45,600 nt of DNA from Deltaproteobacteria bacterium (GCA_016202395.1 JACQOV010000038.1:1-45600); one strand, 5' to 3'; positions 8,439 through 19,285 are shown, counted from the first letter of the stretch. Notes: generated from the letters alone by a model not told the origin. Program-made: numbers and translations.

Positions 8439-10982
8439 ATGCCATCCAAAACCTCTGGCCATAGCCACTTTGGACATTGGATCGAAGACAAATGGGGTCT
8501 TCCCGCTTTTGAATGCACCTATCGACCGGAACTCCACCGAAAACGGAGGCAATTTACCTGGGATTTCCCTCCTCTCTGGCACCAAATAGGTAACCATCGA
8601 ATTCACGCCTTAGTGGCAACCGATGGGGTTGTCAGGCCGCTGTCCTCCGAAAAAAATCTCTGGTGGCTCAATCGATATCGCCCCTCTCAAGGAGAGTTGG
8701 GGGGCGGAATTGGATTTGTTAACGACGGAGAAGAAGACTGGACGATCTTCTATCCTAAGAGGCCTCTTTGGTCGGATGCCTCGCGAGTCCTGGGGATCGG
8801 TTATACCTCCACCTTTCTTCGCTATCGAGATATCGATATTCATCAATGCATCTATGCTCCCTATGGCGAGCACCCTTTTTTAATCTCTGAAATCGATGTC
8901 GTGAATCGATCCCCACAAGCGCGAAATCTACAATACTTTGAATACTGGTCCGGAACGCCTGTCTCATTGCGCCCTTTTATTGGAGATGCCGGAAGCTTAT
9001 TGGCGACTTCACTCCGTCGACAAATCGCACTGTATCTTCCAGACTTGGAAACTTTAGTCCTAAAGCCTCTTCACAACGATCTTCCCATCCTTTTTCTTTC
9101 AGCTCTTTCTAAAACCTCTGTTTGCGGGTTCGATTCCTCGCCCCCCTCTTTTTTTGGAATTCCACAAAACCTGGAGCATCCAAAGGCTGTCAAAGAAGGA
9201 AATTGCCAAAACTCTCTTCTTTGTCCGGCGCTGGTCAAAGCGCCTTGGTCTTCACGAGGATGCCTTGTTCTTCAAACACCACTCTTTTTAGATCCTGGAG
9301 AGTCGACGCGGAAGCGATTCGCTTTTGGTTATGCCTTTTCCGAAGAGGACCTCTTTGATCGACTCAATAAGATTCGCACTTTAGAATTCAATCTCTTTGA
9401 AGAAAACTTAGGACAATGGAAAAAGAGGCTTCCCCTATTCCAATCGGAGGGAAATTTTGCGCTTTCGCGAGAGATCCGTTGGCGCTATTTTCATTTGGAA
9501 TCGAGTTTTGTTCAAAAACCTCAAAAAGTGGAGGTTCTGTCCGGAGGCAACTATCTCTATAAATGGGGTTTCCGAGGTCTTCCCTCGCGTCAAGCGCAAG
9601 CGATTATTCCAATGAATTTTGTCTCGCAAAAAAAGAGCAAAGAAGCCTTAATTCACCTTCTGGGATATACCCAAGATGACGGAAGGCTCCCCTCGGTCAT
9701 TCACGGCTCTGAAAAAGGATGGGGCTATCGCATCCCCTCCCCCTACCCTATTCTTTGGTCTCTCTATGCCCTCTCTCAACATGCTTTGCTTCATCGGGAA
9801 CATGAACTTTTTCATCAACACGTGACAACCCCATTTTCAAAATCCCGCGAAGGGAGTTCCACTCAAGAAATCATCGGGAAACTCTTTCGATATTTAAAAA
9901 ATGGGATTCGATGCGGCCCCCACGGTTTTCTCCATAGTCCCAGACGAGGATGGATGAGCAATCCTCTCCTGATGCTAGACCAGTTTCGAATCTCTAGGTT
10001 CGAGAAAAAAGAGGAATCCGTTACAGCAACTTCGCTAGCGATTCTCATGCTTGAATCCCTCTTGGAATACTTAGATTTTGCCCAAGAGAGCCAACTGCGC
10101 TCCGAGATACACCTTTGGGTAACCTCGCTCAAAAAGACCTTGCGCGAGTACTGGATCCAAACGGCGACTTCAACCCATCTGAAAAAGGATTGGATCTTTC
10201 TCTCGCGGCTGTTTCTTCCCTTATGGATATTCCGGGATCCGGAAGAAGAACCTCTCCGAAAAAAGATCGTTGAAGAAATACTTGGAACCGAATCTTTTTC
10301 TCCTCTGGGTCCTCCCGCAATCTCAAAGGCAAGCTGGAAAAGCGAACATCCCGCGGGGGAAGGAAGTAATGGAGGGGTTTGGCCTCTCCTGAACGCTTTT
10401 TGGGTGGGGGCGGTGTGTAAAATGGATTGCGAACTGGGGTTGAAGGAGTTCAAGAAAATGACATTGGACTACCACACGGAGCTCTACCCTCACCTATGGT
10501 GTGGAACCTTAAGTGGTCCCGAGTCCTACAATACCCTTTATTCAGAAAATCCGGGGGACGCTTGGAATTTCTCTCGATTCTTGAGGGGAATCCTCCCTCC
10601 GGCCAAATCTTTTCCGTCGCTCGATCTTTCGAATACTACAGGAACATTGATGGCTTTTCTGTTCCTCTTGGGCATTCAACCCACTGCCAAAGGACTTCGC
10701 ATAGCGCCCCGATTCCCTGGACCCCAGTTTGAATGGGAGGCTCCTGTTATTGGGATAAAATTTTCGCAAACGATAATCTCAGGCTATTGGAAACCTCGGT
10801 TCTTAAACCACCCCGCTCAACTTGAAATTCAACTCCCGCAAACGTGGGATGAGAAAACGGCCTTCAAAGTAAAAGTCCAAGGGAAAAAGACCTCCCATAC
10901 CCTCTCCAAAAATATTTTAAAGCTGGACCTCCCTGCAACAGACTCTGACCACTGGGAATGGGAAATCCAGAAATCTCCTTAG
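8439..10982 (+). CDS. GH94/GT36-like glycoside phosphorylase/hydrolase-fold protein, divergent
   Basis: 847 aa, no signal peptide. N-terminal beta-sandwich-type segment (HQIGN, FDSSPPSFFG, LQTPLFLDPGES) then helical-barrel segments (GPHG, ESVT, NGGVWP, LGIQPT..GLRIAP). Confidence 0.6.
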   Translation: MPSKTSGHSHFGHWIEDKWGLPAFECTYRPELHRKRRQFTWDFPPLWHQIGNHRIHALVATDGVVRPLSSEKNLWWLNRYRPSQGELGGGIGFVNDGEEDWTIFYPKRPLWSDASRVLGIGYTSTFLRYRDIDIHQCIYAPYGEHPFLISEIDVVNRSPQARNLQYFEYWSGTPVSLRPFIGDAGSLLATSLRRQIALYLPDLETLVLKPLHNDLPILFLSALSKTSVCGFDSSPPSFFGIPQNLEHPKAVKEGNCQNSLLCPALVKAPWSSRGCLVLQTPLFLDPGESTRKRFAFGYAFSEEDLFDRLNKIRTLEFNLFEENLGQWKKRLPLFQSEGNFALSREIRWRYFHLESSFVQKPQKVEVLSGGNYLYKWGFRGLPSRQAQAIIPMNFVSQKKSKEALIHLLGYTQDDGRLPSVIHGSEKGWGYRIPSPYPILWSLYALSQHALLHREHELFHQHVTTPFSKSREGSSTQEIIGKLFRYLKNGIRCGPHGFLHSPRRGWMSNPLLMLDQFRISRFEKKEESVTATSLAILMLESLLEYLDFAQESQLRSEIHLWVTSLKKTLREYWIQTATSTHLKKDWIFLSRLFLPLWIFRDPEEEPLRKKIVEEILGTESFSPLGPPAISKASWKSEHPAGEGSNGGVWPLLNAFWVGAVCKMDCELGLKEFKKMTLDYHTELYPHLWCGTLSGPESYNTLYSENPGDAWNFSRFLRGILPPAKSFPSLDLSNTTGTLMAFLFLLGIQPTAKGLRIAPRFPGPQFEWEAPVIGIKFSQTIISGYWKPRFLNHPAQLEIQLPQTWDEKTAFKVKVQGKKTSHTLSKNILKLDLPATDSDHWEWEIQKSP

Positions 10983-11021
10983 CTTCAGTGGGAAAAGTTC
11001 ACTGACAAGTCCAAATGGGTT

Positions 11022-11690
11022 CTAGTTTTTTCCTTCTCCAAACAGGCACCCTTCAGAGATGGGGCACTCGGAGCAAAGAGCCTTCTTCCGACAAAATTCT
11101 TTGGCTTCCTTTACGATCAACGCATGATACTCATTAAAGAGCGGAGCTTCTAATGGCAAATGATCCATAAAAAAGCCCTGAAGCTCTTCATAAGAAACCT
11201 CTTCTTCGATCATCCCTTGCCTCGTAAAGATACGGTGCGTATAAGCGTCAACCACAAAGAGAGGCTGATGGAAGGCATAGAGAAGAATCGAATCAGCGGT
11301 TTCCGGACCAATGCCCGAAAGTTCCAGAAGCTCTTTTCGGAGTGGACTCATAGGTTCTTCAGCCATGATTCGAAGGTTTCCTTTGAATCGCCGTTGAAGA
11401 AAAGCAACGAATGTTTTTAATCGCTTGGCCTTCTGATTGAAATATCCTGAGGGACGAATGGCTTGAGCCAGCTCCGGAAGCGAGATCTTTAAAATCCTCT
11501 CTGGGCTCAAGAGACCTTGTTCTTTTAGATTCTTGATCGCTTTTTCGACTTGGACCCAACTGGTATTTTGTGTAAGGATAGCGCCTACAATGACTTCAAA
11601 AGGGGTCTTCGCGGGCCACCAATGCTGAGGACCTAAGGCCTTAAAAAGCCTCTGATAAATCGATAAGAGTTTCTTCCGATGGAGTAACAT
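11022..11690 (-). CDS. Endonuclease III-related HhH-GPD DNA glycosylase with 4Fe-4S motif
   Basis: GAILTQNTSW, IRPSGYF, LSGIGPETADSILLY, VVDAYT, C-terminal four-Cys cluster. Confidence 0.88.
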   Translation of the reverse strand: MLLHRKKLLSIYQRLFKALGPQHWWPAKTPFEVIVGAILTQNTSWVQVEKAIKNLKEQGLLSPERILKISLPELAQAIRPSGYFNQKAKRLKTFVAFLQRRFKGNLRIMAEEPMSPLRKELLELSGIGPETADSILLYAFHQPLFVVDAYTHRIFTRQGMIEEEVSYEELQGFFMDHLPLEAPLFNEYHALIVKEAKEFCRKKALCSECPISEGCLFGEGKN

Positions 11691-11691
11691 A

Positions 11692-12462
11692 TTAGCGAAT
11701 CAAACGTCTGTGGCACAATCGAATCGCTATGAAGAGAGAAAAGGAGGTCATCACTAAAAGCCATAGGAGCGAGCCCAGATGAGGCATCCAAGTGACTTCA
11801 TAGATAAGGCTTCGCGCAATCTGAACCGAATGGGTTAACGGGAAACACAGACTCACCCTTTGTATCCATGGGGGGAGCGAATCGATGGGGAAAAAAACTC
11901 CGGAAAGCAAAAACATGGGGGTAATAAAGAGCGTAAAATAATACGAGAAGAACTCATAGGAGGGAGAGAGCGCCGTTACGATCATCGAAAGGCAGGCGAA
12001 AAGAAATCCTGTTAAAAATAGAAGCGGGATAGAGAGCAATGCGGGAGTGAGATCAATCACATCGATGAGAACCAATAGGGCTGCTAGCGCCGTCGCACTA
12101 AAGAGCCCTTTAAGAGCTCCATACAAAACATCTCCAATAACAATTTCTTCTACTGAGATCGGCGTCATCAAAATCGCCTCATAGCTCTTCTGAGTCATCA
12201 TCCGTGTGTAGGAGCCAAAGGTGCACTCGTAGCTAGCGCTATTCATCGCTGCGGCCACCATAATGCCAGGCGCGAGAAAATAGAGATAACTCATTCCATT
12301 CACCTCAGGAACTAACCGCCCCAAACCTACCCCCAACACAAAGAGATACAAGATCGGCTCCCCGAGATTAGCGATAATGCTCGAGAGCCAATGAGCCCTC
12401 CAAACATCCAAGTTCCTCTGAAGAACTTTTAAACTTCTCCAAGCTGGGATTGAGATCTTCAT
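11692..12462 (-). CDS. ABC-2 permease, NodJ-like
   Basis: Multiple TM helices, YLYFLAPG, PMFLLSGVFFPI, PLTH. Confidence 0.88.
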   Translation of the reverse strand: MKISIPAWRSLKVLQRNLDVWRAHWLSSIIANLGEPILYLFVLGVGLGRLVPEVNGMSYLYFLAPGIMVAAAMNSASYECTFGSYTRMMTQKSYEAILMTPISVEEIVIGDVLYGALKGLFSATALAALLVLIDVIDLTPALLSIPLLFLTGFLFACLSMIVTALSPSYEFFSYYFTLFITPMFLLSGVFFPIDSLPPWIQRVSLCFPLTHSVQIARSLIYEVTWMPHLGSLLWLLVMTSFSLFIAIRLCHRRLIR

Positions 12463-13388
12463 TCGTGCAAACCTCGCCCTGTTAACTTGAAAAAAAGATC
12501 TTCTAACGTTGAAGGACGCCGTTGAAGCTCCTGAACGTCGAACTCCACTAAACGCCTTAAGACCGCTTCCGAATCCCGAGGAAATAAATAGAGAGTATCT
12601 TCGATCTCTTCCGATTCAAAATCGAGCCCTTCTAACCTCTCTAAAAGTCGATCCTTCTCCTTTTTCCGCAATCGGATCTCTAAAACCTCTTTCCCCACAT
12701 ACCGATGAATGAGCTCCTGAGGCTTGCCCTCCGCCAGTATTTTTCCACGATCGATCATGTACAATCGATCGCAAAGCTGCGCAGCCTCTTCCATGTAGTG
12801 CGTTGTCAGAACCATCGTTTTACCGGAGCTTTTAAGGCTTCGAAGCTTTTGCCAAATAACGTGCCGCGCTTGAGGATCAAGCCCTGTGGTGGGCTCATCC
12901 AATATTAAAAACTCTGGATTATTCACGAGGGAACGGATCAGCATGAGACGTCTTTTCATGCCGCCCGAAAGCTCCGAGATCTTTGCCTTGCGTTTATCGT
13001 ACAACTGAATGAAATGGAGAAGCTCTTCGACTCGAGATTGAGCCAACTTTCCCGAAATGCCAAAGTATCGGGCATAAGCTCTGAGATTATTTTCAACGGT
13101 AAAATCGGGATCAAGATTATTTTCCTGGGGAAGAACACCGATCCGGGCTTTGATTTCCCGCGCCTGTTTCGAAATATCGAGACCCAACAGAGTGAGATCT
13201 CCTGAAGTTTTCTGAACAATCCCCGACATCATATGAAGAAGGGTCGTTTTCCCAGCACCATTGGGTCCTAAAAAACCCACACACTCTCCCGAACAAATCG
13301 AAAAATGAATCCCTTGCAACGCCTGAACCTCTCCATAGCGTTTAACCAACCGTTTCCCTTGAACAATCGGCGTCATTTCTTTTTGCAC
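12459..13388 (-). CDS. ABC transporter ATP-binding protein, NodI-like
   Basis: GPNGAGKT, LSGGMKRR, LDEPTTGLDPQARH, TTHYMEEA. Confidence 0.92.
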   Translation of the reverse strand: MQKEMTPIVQGKRLVKRYGEVQALQGIHFSICSGECVGFLGPNGAGKTTLLHMMSGIVQKTSGDLTLLGLDISKQAREIKARIGVLPQENNLDPDFTVENNLRAYARYFGISGKLAQSRVEELLHFIQLYDKRKAKISELSGGMKRRLMLIRSLVNNPEFLILDEPTTGLDPQARHVIWQKLRSLKSSGKTMVLTTHYMEEAAQLCDRLYMIDRGKILAEGKPQELIHRYVGKEVLEIRLRKKEKDRLLERLEGLDFESEEIEDTLYLFPRDSEAVLRRLVEFDVQELQRRPSTLEDLFFKLTGRGLHE

Positions 13389-13418
13389 GTTAATCTCTTG
13401 AAAACATTTTGTAAGGTC

Positions 13419-13481
13419 TGACGCGTTACGTCAATAGAACATCCATCTTTCTGTTGACACTTCCACAGCAAATGCTAAGAT
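13419..13481. promoter_or_regulatory. Divergent promoter region
   Basis: Plus strand: TTGACA (13454)-16 bp-TGn-TAAGAT (13476). Minus strand: TTGACG-17 bp-CAAAAT, overlapped by palindrome TGACG-N5-CGTCA (13419-13433). Confidence 0.5.
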
Positions 13482-13515
13482 TAAGACATCCCATCGCCAA
13501 GGAGCGCCATCAACA

Positions 13516-13971
13516 ATGCCCTTCATTTTTAAAAAATGGGGTATGCGGCGACTGGGCTCTTTTCTTCTTCAAGAAAAAGCCATCGATAGAGATCAATTAA
13601 AAAAAGCCCTAGAACTGCAGGAAAAGCGCAGTTTGAGATTAGGCTCCTTGCTGGTTGATCTTGGTTACGTTTCATTAGAACGAATGGCCTTCTACCTGAG
13701 TCAATCTCTTCAAATTCCTTACGCTCATCCTCAAATCCTAGAAAACATCCATCCTGACGTGATTAAACAGCTCCCGCGTCCCATTGCAATGCGTTGTAAA
13801 GCGATTCCTATAGAGATCCACAAAAATCGACTTCGCATCGCGATGGTCGATCCTTGGGATAAAAGGCACCAAAAAGTGCTTGCGCGCGCAACGGGGTTGG
13901 AGCTAGAACCCATGATCGCGCCTCAAATCCAAATTGAGAAAGCATTGCAACAATACTATTCCTCTGAATGA
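13516..13971 (+). CDS. Stand-alone MshEN (T2SSE/PilB N-terminal) domain protein
   Basis: Tandem motifs RLGSFLLQEKAIDRDQLKKALELQ and RLGSLLVDLGYV, then the N1E subdomain (IAMVDP); no ATPase domain. Confidence 0.82.
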   Translation: MPFIFKKWGMRRLGSFLLQEKAIDRDQLKKALELQEKRSLRLGSLLVDLGYVSLERMAFYLSQSLQIPYAHPQILENIHPDVIKQLPRPIAMRCKAIPIEIHKNRLRIAMVDPWDKRHQKVLARATGLELEPMIAPQIQIEKALQQYYSSE

Positions 13972-14468
13972 TTATGGAGTTGACCCCTCCAACCCCCCTC
14001 TAACGTCCCCTCCTGTTTTAAAATTTCTAATTTCTTAGAACCAATTCCAGGAATTTCGAGCAGCTCCTCCCATAGGTGGAATACGCCTCTTCGACCCCTT
14101 TCACGAACCATGGATTGTGAAATATTTTCACCCACTCCCGACAGCTGTTGCAAGTCAAAGAGATCTCCTTCATTAATGGAAATCGGCAAGTTTAAAGTCT
14201 GACTTTTGGCTCCATCCATCGGAAGAGTTCCCGCATGAACTTTTCCGTAAAAATCATTATAAACAACAAGACATGTTCCGTTTTTAAAAAAGCTAGAACC
14301 GGATGAGGCAATAACCCCTTGAGACAGGCCATTTTCAACCCTCTCGAGGAAAGATTCCTCTTGTGAATGAGACTTCCCCGAGTCGCCTATAGGGAAAGAG
14401 AATCCACATAAAAGAAAAATGGATAGAATCAGAAAATGCAAGCATCCCTTCTTATAATCGTTTTTCAC
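13956..14468 (-). CDS. ComEA-like helix-hairpin-helix DNA-binding protein
   Basis: Signal/TM N-terminus; C-terminal ISIN...LQQLSGVG...[11 protein letters not shown] double HhH. Confidence 0.75.
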   Translation of the reverse strand: MKNDYKKGCLHFLILSIFLLCGFSFPIGDSGKSHSQEESFLERVENGLSQGVIASSGSSFFKNGTCLVVYNDFYGKVHAGTLPMDGAKSQTLNLPISINEGDLFDLQQLSGVGENISQSMVRERGRRGVFHLWEELLEIPGIGSKKLEILKQEGTLEGGWRGQLHNHSEE

Positions 14469-16032
14469 TTCTTTCCTTTAAAAGTTTGTATTCCACACTG
14501 TCCATTAAGGCCTGCCAACTCGCTTCAATGATGTTCTCAGAAACACCGACGGTCCCCCACCGATCGTGACGATCTCCCGACTCAATCAGAACTCGAACGG
14601 TCGATCCTGTCCCCTGATGACCGCTTAACACGCGCACTTTATAATCGAGCAATTCCACCTCTTTCAGCGCTGGAAAAAATTTCTCTAAGGCTTTACGAAG
14701 GGCGTTATCCAACGCATTGACGGGGCCATTCCCCTCTGCTGTCGCGTGCTCCTTTTGCCCATCCACCTCTATCGTGATCGTTGCCTTCGAATGAGGCGCC
14801 TCCTCCTCTTTGCGCTTTTCGTCAATCACGCAAAAATCGATCAATCGGAACAATTTCTTGTATTTCCCTAAAGCCTTTTTCATCAGGAGCTCAAAGGAGG
14901 CCTCGGCCCCTTCAAATTGATATCCTTGGTGCTCAAGTTTCTTAAGCTCCTCCAAGATCTTCTTCACTCGAGAATCTTTCTTCTCCAGTTGGACTCCAAA
15001 TCGCTCCGCCTTCTCCAACACATTCGCTGTTCCAGCAAGATCAGAGACCAGAATATTTCTTTTATTTCCGACAGCCTCCGGCGCAATATGCTCGTAGGCC
15101 TTCGGATTTTCCCGAACAGCGCTGACATGAACCCCCCCTTTATGAGCAAAAGCCGCATCCCCCACGTAAGGACGATGGATCCGTGGAGGAAGATTGGCAA
15201 GCTCCTCGACAAACCGGGAGACCTCTCTCAATTGAGAAAGGTTCTCTGAAGGCACACAGAGATATCCCATTTTGAGTTGGAGATCAGGGATCACGGAGGT
15301 GAGGTTGGCATTCCCACATCGCTCGCCATAGCCGTTAAACGTTCCCTGAACAGAGGTGACCCCCTGTTGAACCGCAACTAAAGAGTTGGCGACCGCCACA
15401 TCCCCATCGTTATGACAATGAATCCCTAGCGGGACCTTCAACTGGGCAAACATCTTTTTAACAATCTCCGCGACTTCGTGGGGAAGAGACCCTCCGTTGG
15501 TGTCACACAAAACCAGTTGATCCGCTCCCCCCTCTACTGCGGCTTGAACGGTTTTTAGAGCGTATTCTCGATTCTCTTTGTAACCATCGAAAAAGTGCTC
15601 TGCATCGTAAATCACTTCACCCACATTCTTTTTTAAATAATCTATCGACTCTCGAATCATATCAAGGTTCTCATCCAAAGAGACCTTCAAAAGATGAACG
15701 ACATGGAAATCCCAAGATTTTCCAAAAAGAGTCACCGCAGGGGTTCCCGCATCGATCAGGGCGCCAAGATTGGGATCGGTTTCCGGCCGAACTCCTTTTC
15801 TTCGGGTGCTTCCAAACGCAGTCAGTTTGGTTTTATTCCAAGCGATCTCCCTGGCTTTTTGAAAAAACTCCACATCGCGTGGATTGGAACCGGGCCATCC
15901 CCCTTCGACATAATCGACCCCAAACTCCGCGAGCTTCTGCGCAATTCGGAGTTTATCTTCCACAGAGAAAGAGATCTCCTGGGTTTGAGCCCCATCTCGA
16001 AGAGTGGTGTCGTAGATATAGATCTTCTTCAT
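14452..16032 (-). CDS. cimA: Citramalate synthase
   Basis: [41 protein letters not shown], LeuA-type regulatory domain. Confidence 0.93.
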   Translation of the reverse strand: MKKIYIYDTTLRDGAQTQEISFSVEDKLRIAQKLAEFGVDYVEGGWPGSNPRDVEFFQKAREIAWNKTKLTAFGSTRRKGVRPETDPNLGALIDAGTPAVTLFGKSWDFHVVHLLKVSLDENLDMIRESIDYLKKNVGEVIYDAEHFFDGYKENREYALKTVQAAVEGGADQLVLCDTNGGSLPHEVAEIVKKMFAQLKVPLGIHCHNDGDVAVANSLVAVQQGVTSVQGTFNGYGERCGNANLTSVIPDLQLKMGYLCVPSENLSQLREVSRFVEELANLPPRIHRPYVGDAAFAHKGGVHVSAVRENPKAYEHIAPEAVGNKRNILVSDLAGTANVLEKAERFGVQLEKKDSRVKKILEELKKLEHQGYQFEGAEASFELLMKKALGKYKKLFRLIDFCVIDEKRKEEEAPHSKATITIEVDGQKEHATAEGNGPVNALDNALRKALEKFFPALKEVELLDYKVRVLSGHQGTGSTVRVLIESGDRHDRWGTVGVSENIIEASWQALMDSVEYKLLKERSEKRL

Positions 16033-16547
16033 CGAGATTTCTTTTTCCCCGTTTTAGATCGAGGGCGTGGGAGGTTGCCGAGCTCAAAGGCATCGTGAAG
16101 AACCCGAACGGCAAGCTCCGTGTATTTTTCGTCAATCACGCAAGAGATCTTGATCTCCGATGTACTGATCATCTGAATATTAATCCCCGCGCGGGCCAGC
16201 GATTGAAACATCTTCGAAGCCACTCCCGCATGGGAACGCATCCCCAAACCGATGATGGAAACCTTAGCGATCCCTTTGTCCGCAATGACATCCTTGGCGC
16301 CGATCTGAGAGGCTAACCTTTGAATAATTTCGAGCGCGAGTGAAAGATCAGACTTGGCCACGGTAAAGGTCAAATCGGTATACCCCTTGGTACTCACGTT
16401 CTGGATGATCATGTCGACGCTGATGTTGGCGTCCATCAGCGGAGCAAAGATCTTTGCCGCCACTCCGGGTCTATCCGGAACCTTTAGAATGGTCACTTTG
16501 GCCTCATTCCGGTCATAGGTTACACCCGACACAAGAATATTTTCCAT
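16029..16547 (-). CDS. lysC: Aspartate kinase beta subunit (internal in-frame start, 172 aa)
   Basis: GGAGG 8 nt before in-frame ATG (Met247) at the start of the ACT region, as in alpha2beta2 aspartokinases. Confidence 0.65.
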   Translation of the reverse strand: MENILVSGVTYDRNEAKVTILKVPDRPGVAAKIFAPLMDANISVDMIIQNVSTKGYTDLTFTVAKSDLSLALEIIQRLASQIGAKDVIADKGIAKVSIIGLGMRSHAGVASKMFQSLARAGINIQMISTSEIKISCVIDEKYTELAVRVLHDAFELGNLPRPRSKTGKKKSR

Positions 16548-17285
16548 GGACGGATCCTCCACTGTAACAAGGGTTCCCGGTCGGTTCACAAGCGATGATT
16601 TCACCTCCACCGGGATTTGGTATCTTTTTGCAAATTCGACAGAACGGGTTTGAAGAACTTTGGCTCCAAGGCTGGCCATTTCGAGCATCTCATCATAACT
16701 GATTTTAGAAAGTTTCCGCGCGTTAGGACAAATGCCGGGGTCGGTCGTATAAACCCCCTCGACATCCGTAAAAATCTCACAACGATCCGCTCGGAGGGCC
16801 GAAGCCAAAGCCACCGCTGTGGTATCGGACCCGCCTCGTCCCAACGTTGTGATGTTCCCCTCCTCATCCACTCCTTGGAATCCGGCCACAACCGCAATCC
16901 ATCCTCGATTCAAAATTTTTCGTAACCGATCGGCTTCAATTCTCAAGATGCGGGCTTTTGAAGAGGCATTATTGGTGACGATTCGAACTTGATGTCCCAG
17001 AAAGGAGCGGGCCTCAACCCCCATCGATCTTAAGATCAAGGCCAACAAGGCAGAGGTCACCTGTTCTCCAGTTGCAACCAGGGCATCGTATTCCCGCATG
17101 TCGGGTTTGGAACTTGCGGACAGAGCCAGGTCGATCAAGCGGTTGGTCTCCCCCGCCATCGCAGAGACAACCACCACCACCTGATTCCCCTCTTTGTGAC
17201 GGGCCACCACCTGCTTCGCAACGCTGCGGATCCGATCCAAACTGGCAACCGACGTTCCCCCATATTTTTGGACGACTAAAGGCAC
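16029..17285 (-). CDS. lysC: Aspartate kinase (alpha subunit)
   Basis: [16 protein letters not shown], two ACT domains, ISTSEIKIS. Confidence 0.96.
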   Translation of the reverse strand: MPLVVQKYGGTSVASLDRIRSVAKQVVARHKEGNQVVVVVSAMAGETNRLIDLALSASSKPDMREYDALVATGEQVTSALLALILRSMGVEARSFLGHQVRIVTNNASSKARILRIEADRLRKILNRGWIAVVAGFQGVDEEGNITTLGRGGSDTTAVALASALRADRCEIFTDVEGVYTTDPGICPNARKLSKISYDEMLEMASLGAKVLQTRSVEFAKRYQIPVEVKSSLVNRPGTLVTVEDPSMENILVSGVTYDRNEAKVTILKVPDRPGVAAKIFAPLMDANISVDMIIQNVSTKGYTDLTFTVAKSDLSLALEIIQRLASQIGAKDVIADKGIAKVSIIGLGMRSHAGVASKMFQSLARAGINIQMISTSEIKISCVIDEKYTELAVRVLHDAFELGNLPRPRSKTGKKKSR

Positions 17286-17737
17286 AGTTGGGCCAGTATA
17301 TCATGGCTTTCTGAAGAGGCAAAATCGATGCGGCGTTCGTTTTCTCCTAGGATCTCAAAAGTGATCCAGAGGGTTTCTTGGGGAAGAAAAGGTTTCGCTC
17401 TCTCGGCCCACTCGACCAAACAGACCCCTCCACGAGACCCATACTCCTCCAATCCAAGATCTTCGATCTCGGTCCATTTCTCGATCCGATAAAGATCGAC
17501 GTGAAAAAGTGGAATTCTTCCTTGGGCCTCCTGAATCAGAACAAAGGTGGGGCTCACAATTTCATCGGCTGAAGAAACACCGAGACCCAAAGCAACCCCT
17601 TTAGAGAAACAGGTCTTCCCGCTCCCTAAAGGGCCGCAGAGCGCAACGACATCGTTGGGTCGCAACAGATTCCCAAACCGACGCCCTAACTCCATCGTCT
17701 CCTCTGCACTTTTTGTGGTAAAAGAGATGGACTTCAT
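17276..17737 (-). CDS. tsaE: tRNA t6A biosynthesis ATPase
   Basis: [21 protein letters not shown]. Confidence 0.95.
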   Translation of the reverse strand: MKSISFTTKSAEETMELGRRFGNLLRPNDVVALCGPLGSGKTCFSKGVALGLGVSSADEIVSPTFVLIQEAQGRIPLFHVDLYRIEKWTEIEDLGLEEYGSRGGVCLVEWAERAKPFLPQETLWITFEILGENERRIDFASSESHDILAQLCL

Positions 17738-17740
17738 TGT

Positions 17741-19285
17741 TTATTTATGCTTTTGAATGACTCGGGGCAATACTTTCAGAAGATCGGAGGCTAGCAAGCC
17801 ACGAGAGCCCTTTCGCCGTGCAATCTCATCCCCAGCAGCTCCATGAAGGTAAGTCGCAACGATAGCAGCATCCGTTGGAGAGAGCCCTTGGGCTAAAAAG
17901 CCGGCAACAATCCCTGTTAAAACATCCCCCATTCCGGCGGTGGCCATCCCAGGGTTTCCTGTGGGATTGATGTAGCTCTCCCCATGGGGCGTTGCGATAA
18001 TCGATCTGGCCCCTTTTAGAATCACCCAAACTTTGTGCTTCTTTGAAAACAAGGAGGCCCACTTCACTCGATCTTTCTCTCCTTCCACGACAGAAACTCC
18101 TGTTAAACGGGAGAATTCCCCGAGATGAGGCGTCAACACAACAGGCCCTTTAATTTTTTTCAGTATCGAGGTCTCTGTGGCCAAGGCATTTAAACCATCC
18201 GCATCGATCACGATGGGGATTTTAATTTTCTGGAGGAGCTTGAGGATCAGTGAAATGGTCTCTTGATTTTGCGAGAGTCCCGGTCCTAGAGCGAGAACAT
18301 TTTTCCCTTTCAACGATCTTTCAATTTTTGGAAGCCCTTTTAAAGCAAGAGTTCCTTCCGTCGTTTCAGGAAGAGGATCGGTCATCGCCTCCATCAATTT
18401 CCGGGTTAACACAAAAGCCTGACTCTCCACACAACCGAGGGTCAGAAGCCCCGCGCCACTCCGAAGAACCGCCGTTCCCGCTAACGCCGCCGCCCCCATC
18501 TTTCCTCGGGAACCGGCCAAAAGATAAACATGCCCAAAATCCCCTTTATGGGTGCGGGGATCTCTCGGGGGGATCCTCTCCTGAATATCCGAGGCCTCGA
18601 CCAAAAAATGAGTCGGCCGGTGTCTTTTCAACAAACGATCGGGCCAGCCAATATCGAGGGTTCGCAGTTCTCCGGTGAAATCCACCCCAGGATAAACAGC
18701 CTGACCTACTTTGGGCAGGCCAAAAGTTAATGTCATATCGGCTTTGACGGCCGCCCCAAGAATATGACCGGTGTTGGCATCCAATCCGGTGGAAATATCC
18801 AAGGCCACCCTCTTTTTCGAGGCTTCATTGATAAAATCGACGACCTCCTTGTAAAGTCCCGACAACGGGGAAGACAGACCTACTCCTAAAATCCCATCCA
18901 CATGCCAATCAAATTTTTTGATGGCAAGTTGTTGGTTCCGGAAAAGGGTCCGAGAAGAGATGTCCACCTCTTCGATCCCTCCCGCAATTGCAGCCTCTCT
19001 CTGGGTTTTGGCATCTCCTTGAACCTCCCCCTTTTTCACCAATCGAAAGATTGTGGTGGAAAAACCGGTTTGCTGAAGATGGCGAGCCATGGTGTAGCCA
19101 TCTCCGCCATTGTTCCCCTTCCCCACGAAAAACGCGCATCGGTCTTGAGGTTGAAGCCGTCTTGCAAGCTCCTCCGCGGCTCCGCGACCCGCGTTCTCCA
19201 TGAGAGTCAAGGATGGTACTCCAAAACGTTTTGAGGCTTCTTGATCGAGGGCTCGAATCTCTTCACGTGTCGTCAGTGTAATCAT
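17741..19285 (-). CDS. nnr: Bifunctional NAD(P)HX epimerase/dehydratase
   Basis: LMENAG, GKGNNGGDG (YjeF-N); HKG, DADGLN, TPHLGE, ATAGMGDVL (carbohydrate kinase domain). Confidence 0.95.
   Translation of the reverse strand: MITLTTREEIRALDQEASKRFGVPSLTLMENAGRGAAEELARRLQPQDRCAFFVGKGNNGGDGYTMARHLQQTGFSTTIFRLVKKGEVQGDAKTQREAAIAGGIEEVDISSRTLFRNQQLAIKKFDWHVDGILGVGLSSPLSGLYKEVVDFINEASKKRVALDISTGLDANTGHILGAAVKADMTLTFGLPKVGQAVYPGVDFTGELRTLDIGWPDRLLKRHRPTHFLVEASDIQERIPPRDPRTHKGDFGHVYLLAGSRGKMGAAALAGTAVLRSGAGLLTLGCVESQAFVLTRKLMEAMTDPLPETTEGTLALKGLPKIERSLKGKNVLALGPGLSQNQETISLILKLLQKIKIPIVIDADGLNALATETSILKKIKGPVVLTPHLGEFSRLTGVSVVEGEKDRVKWASLFSKKHKVWVILKGARSIIATPHGESYINPTGNPGMATAGMGDVLTGIVAGFLAQGLSPTDAAIVATYLHGAAGDEIARRKGSRGLLASDLLKVLPRVIQKHK

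Noticed and set aside
9863-10453. 196-aa antisense ORF
   Set aside because: Shadow of the GH94-like gene; Ser/Arg-rich with no motifs.
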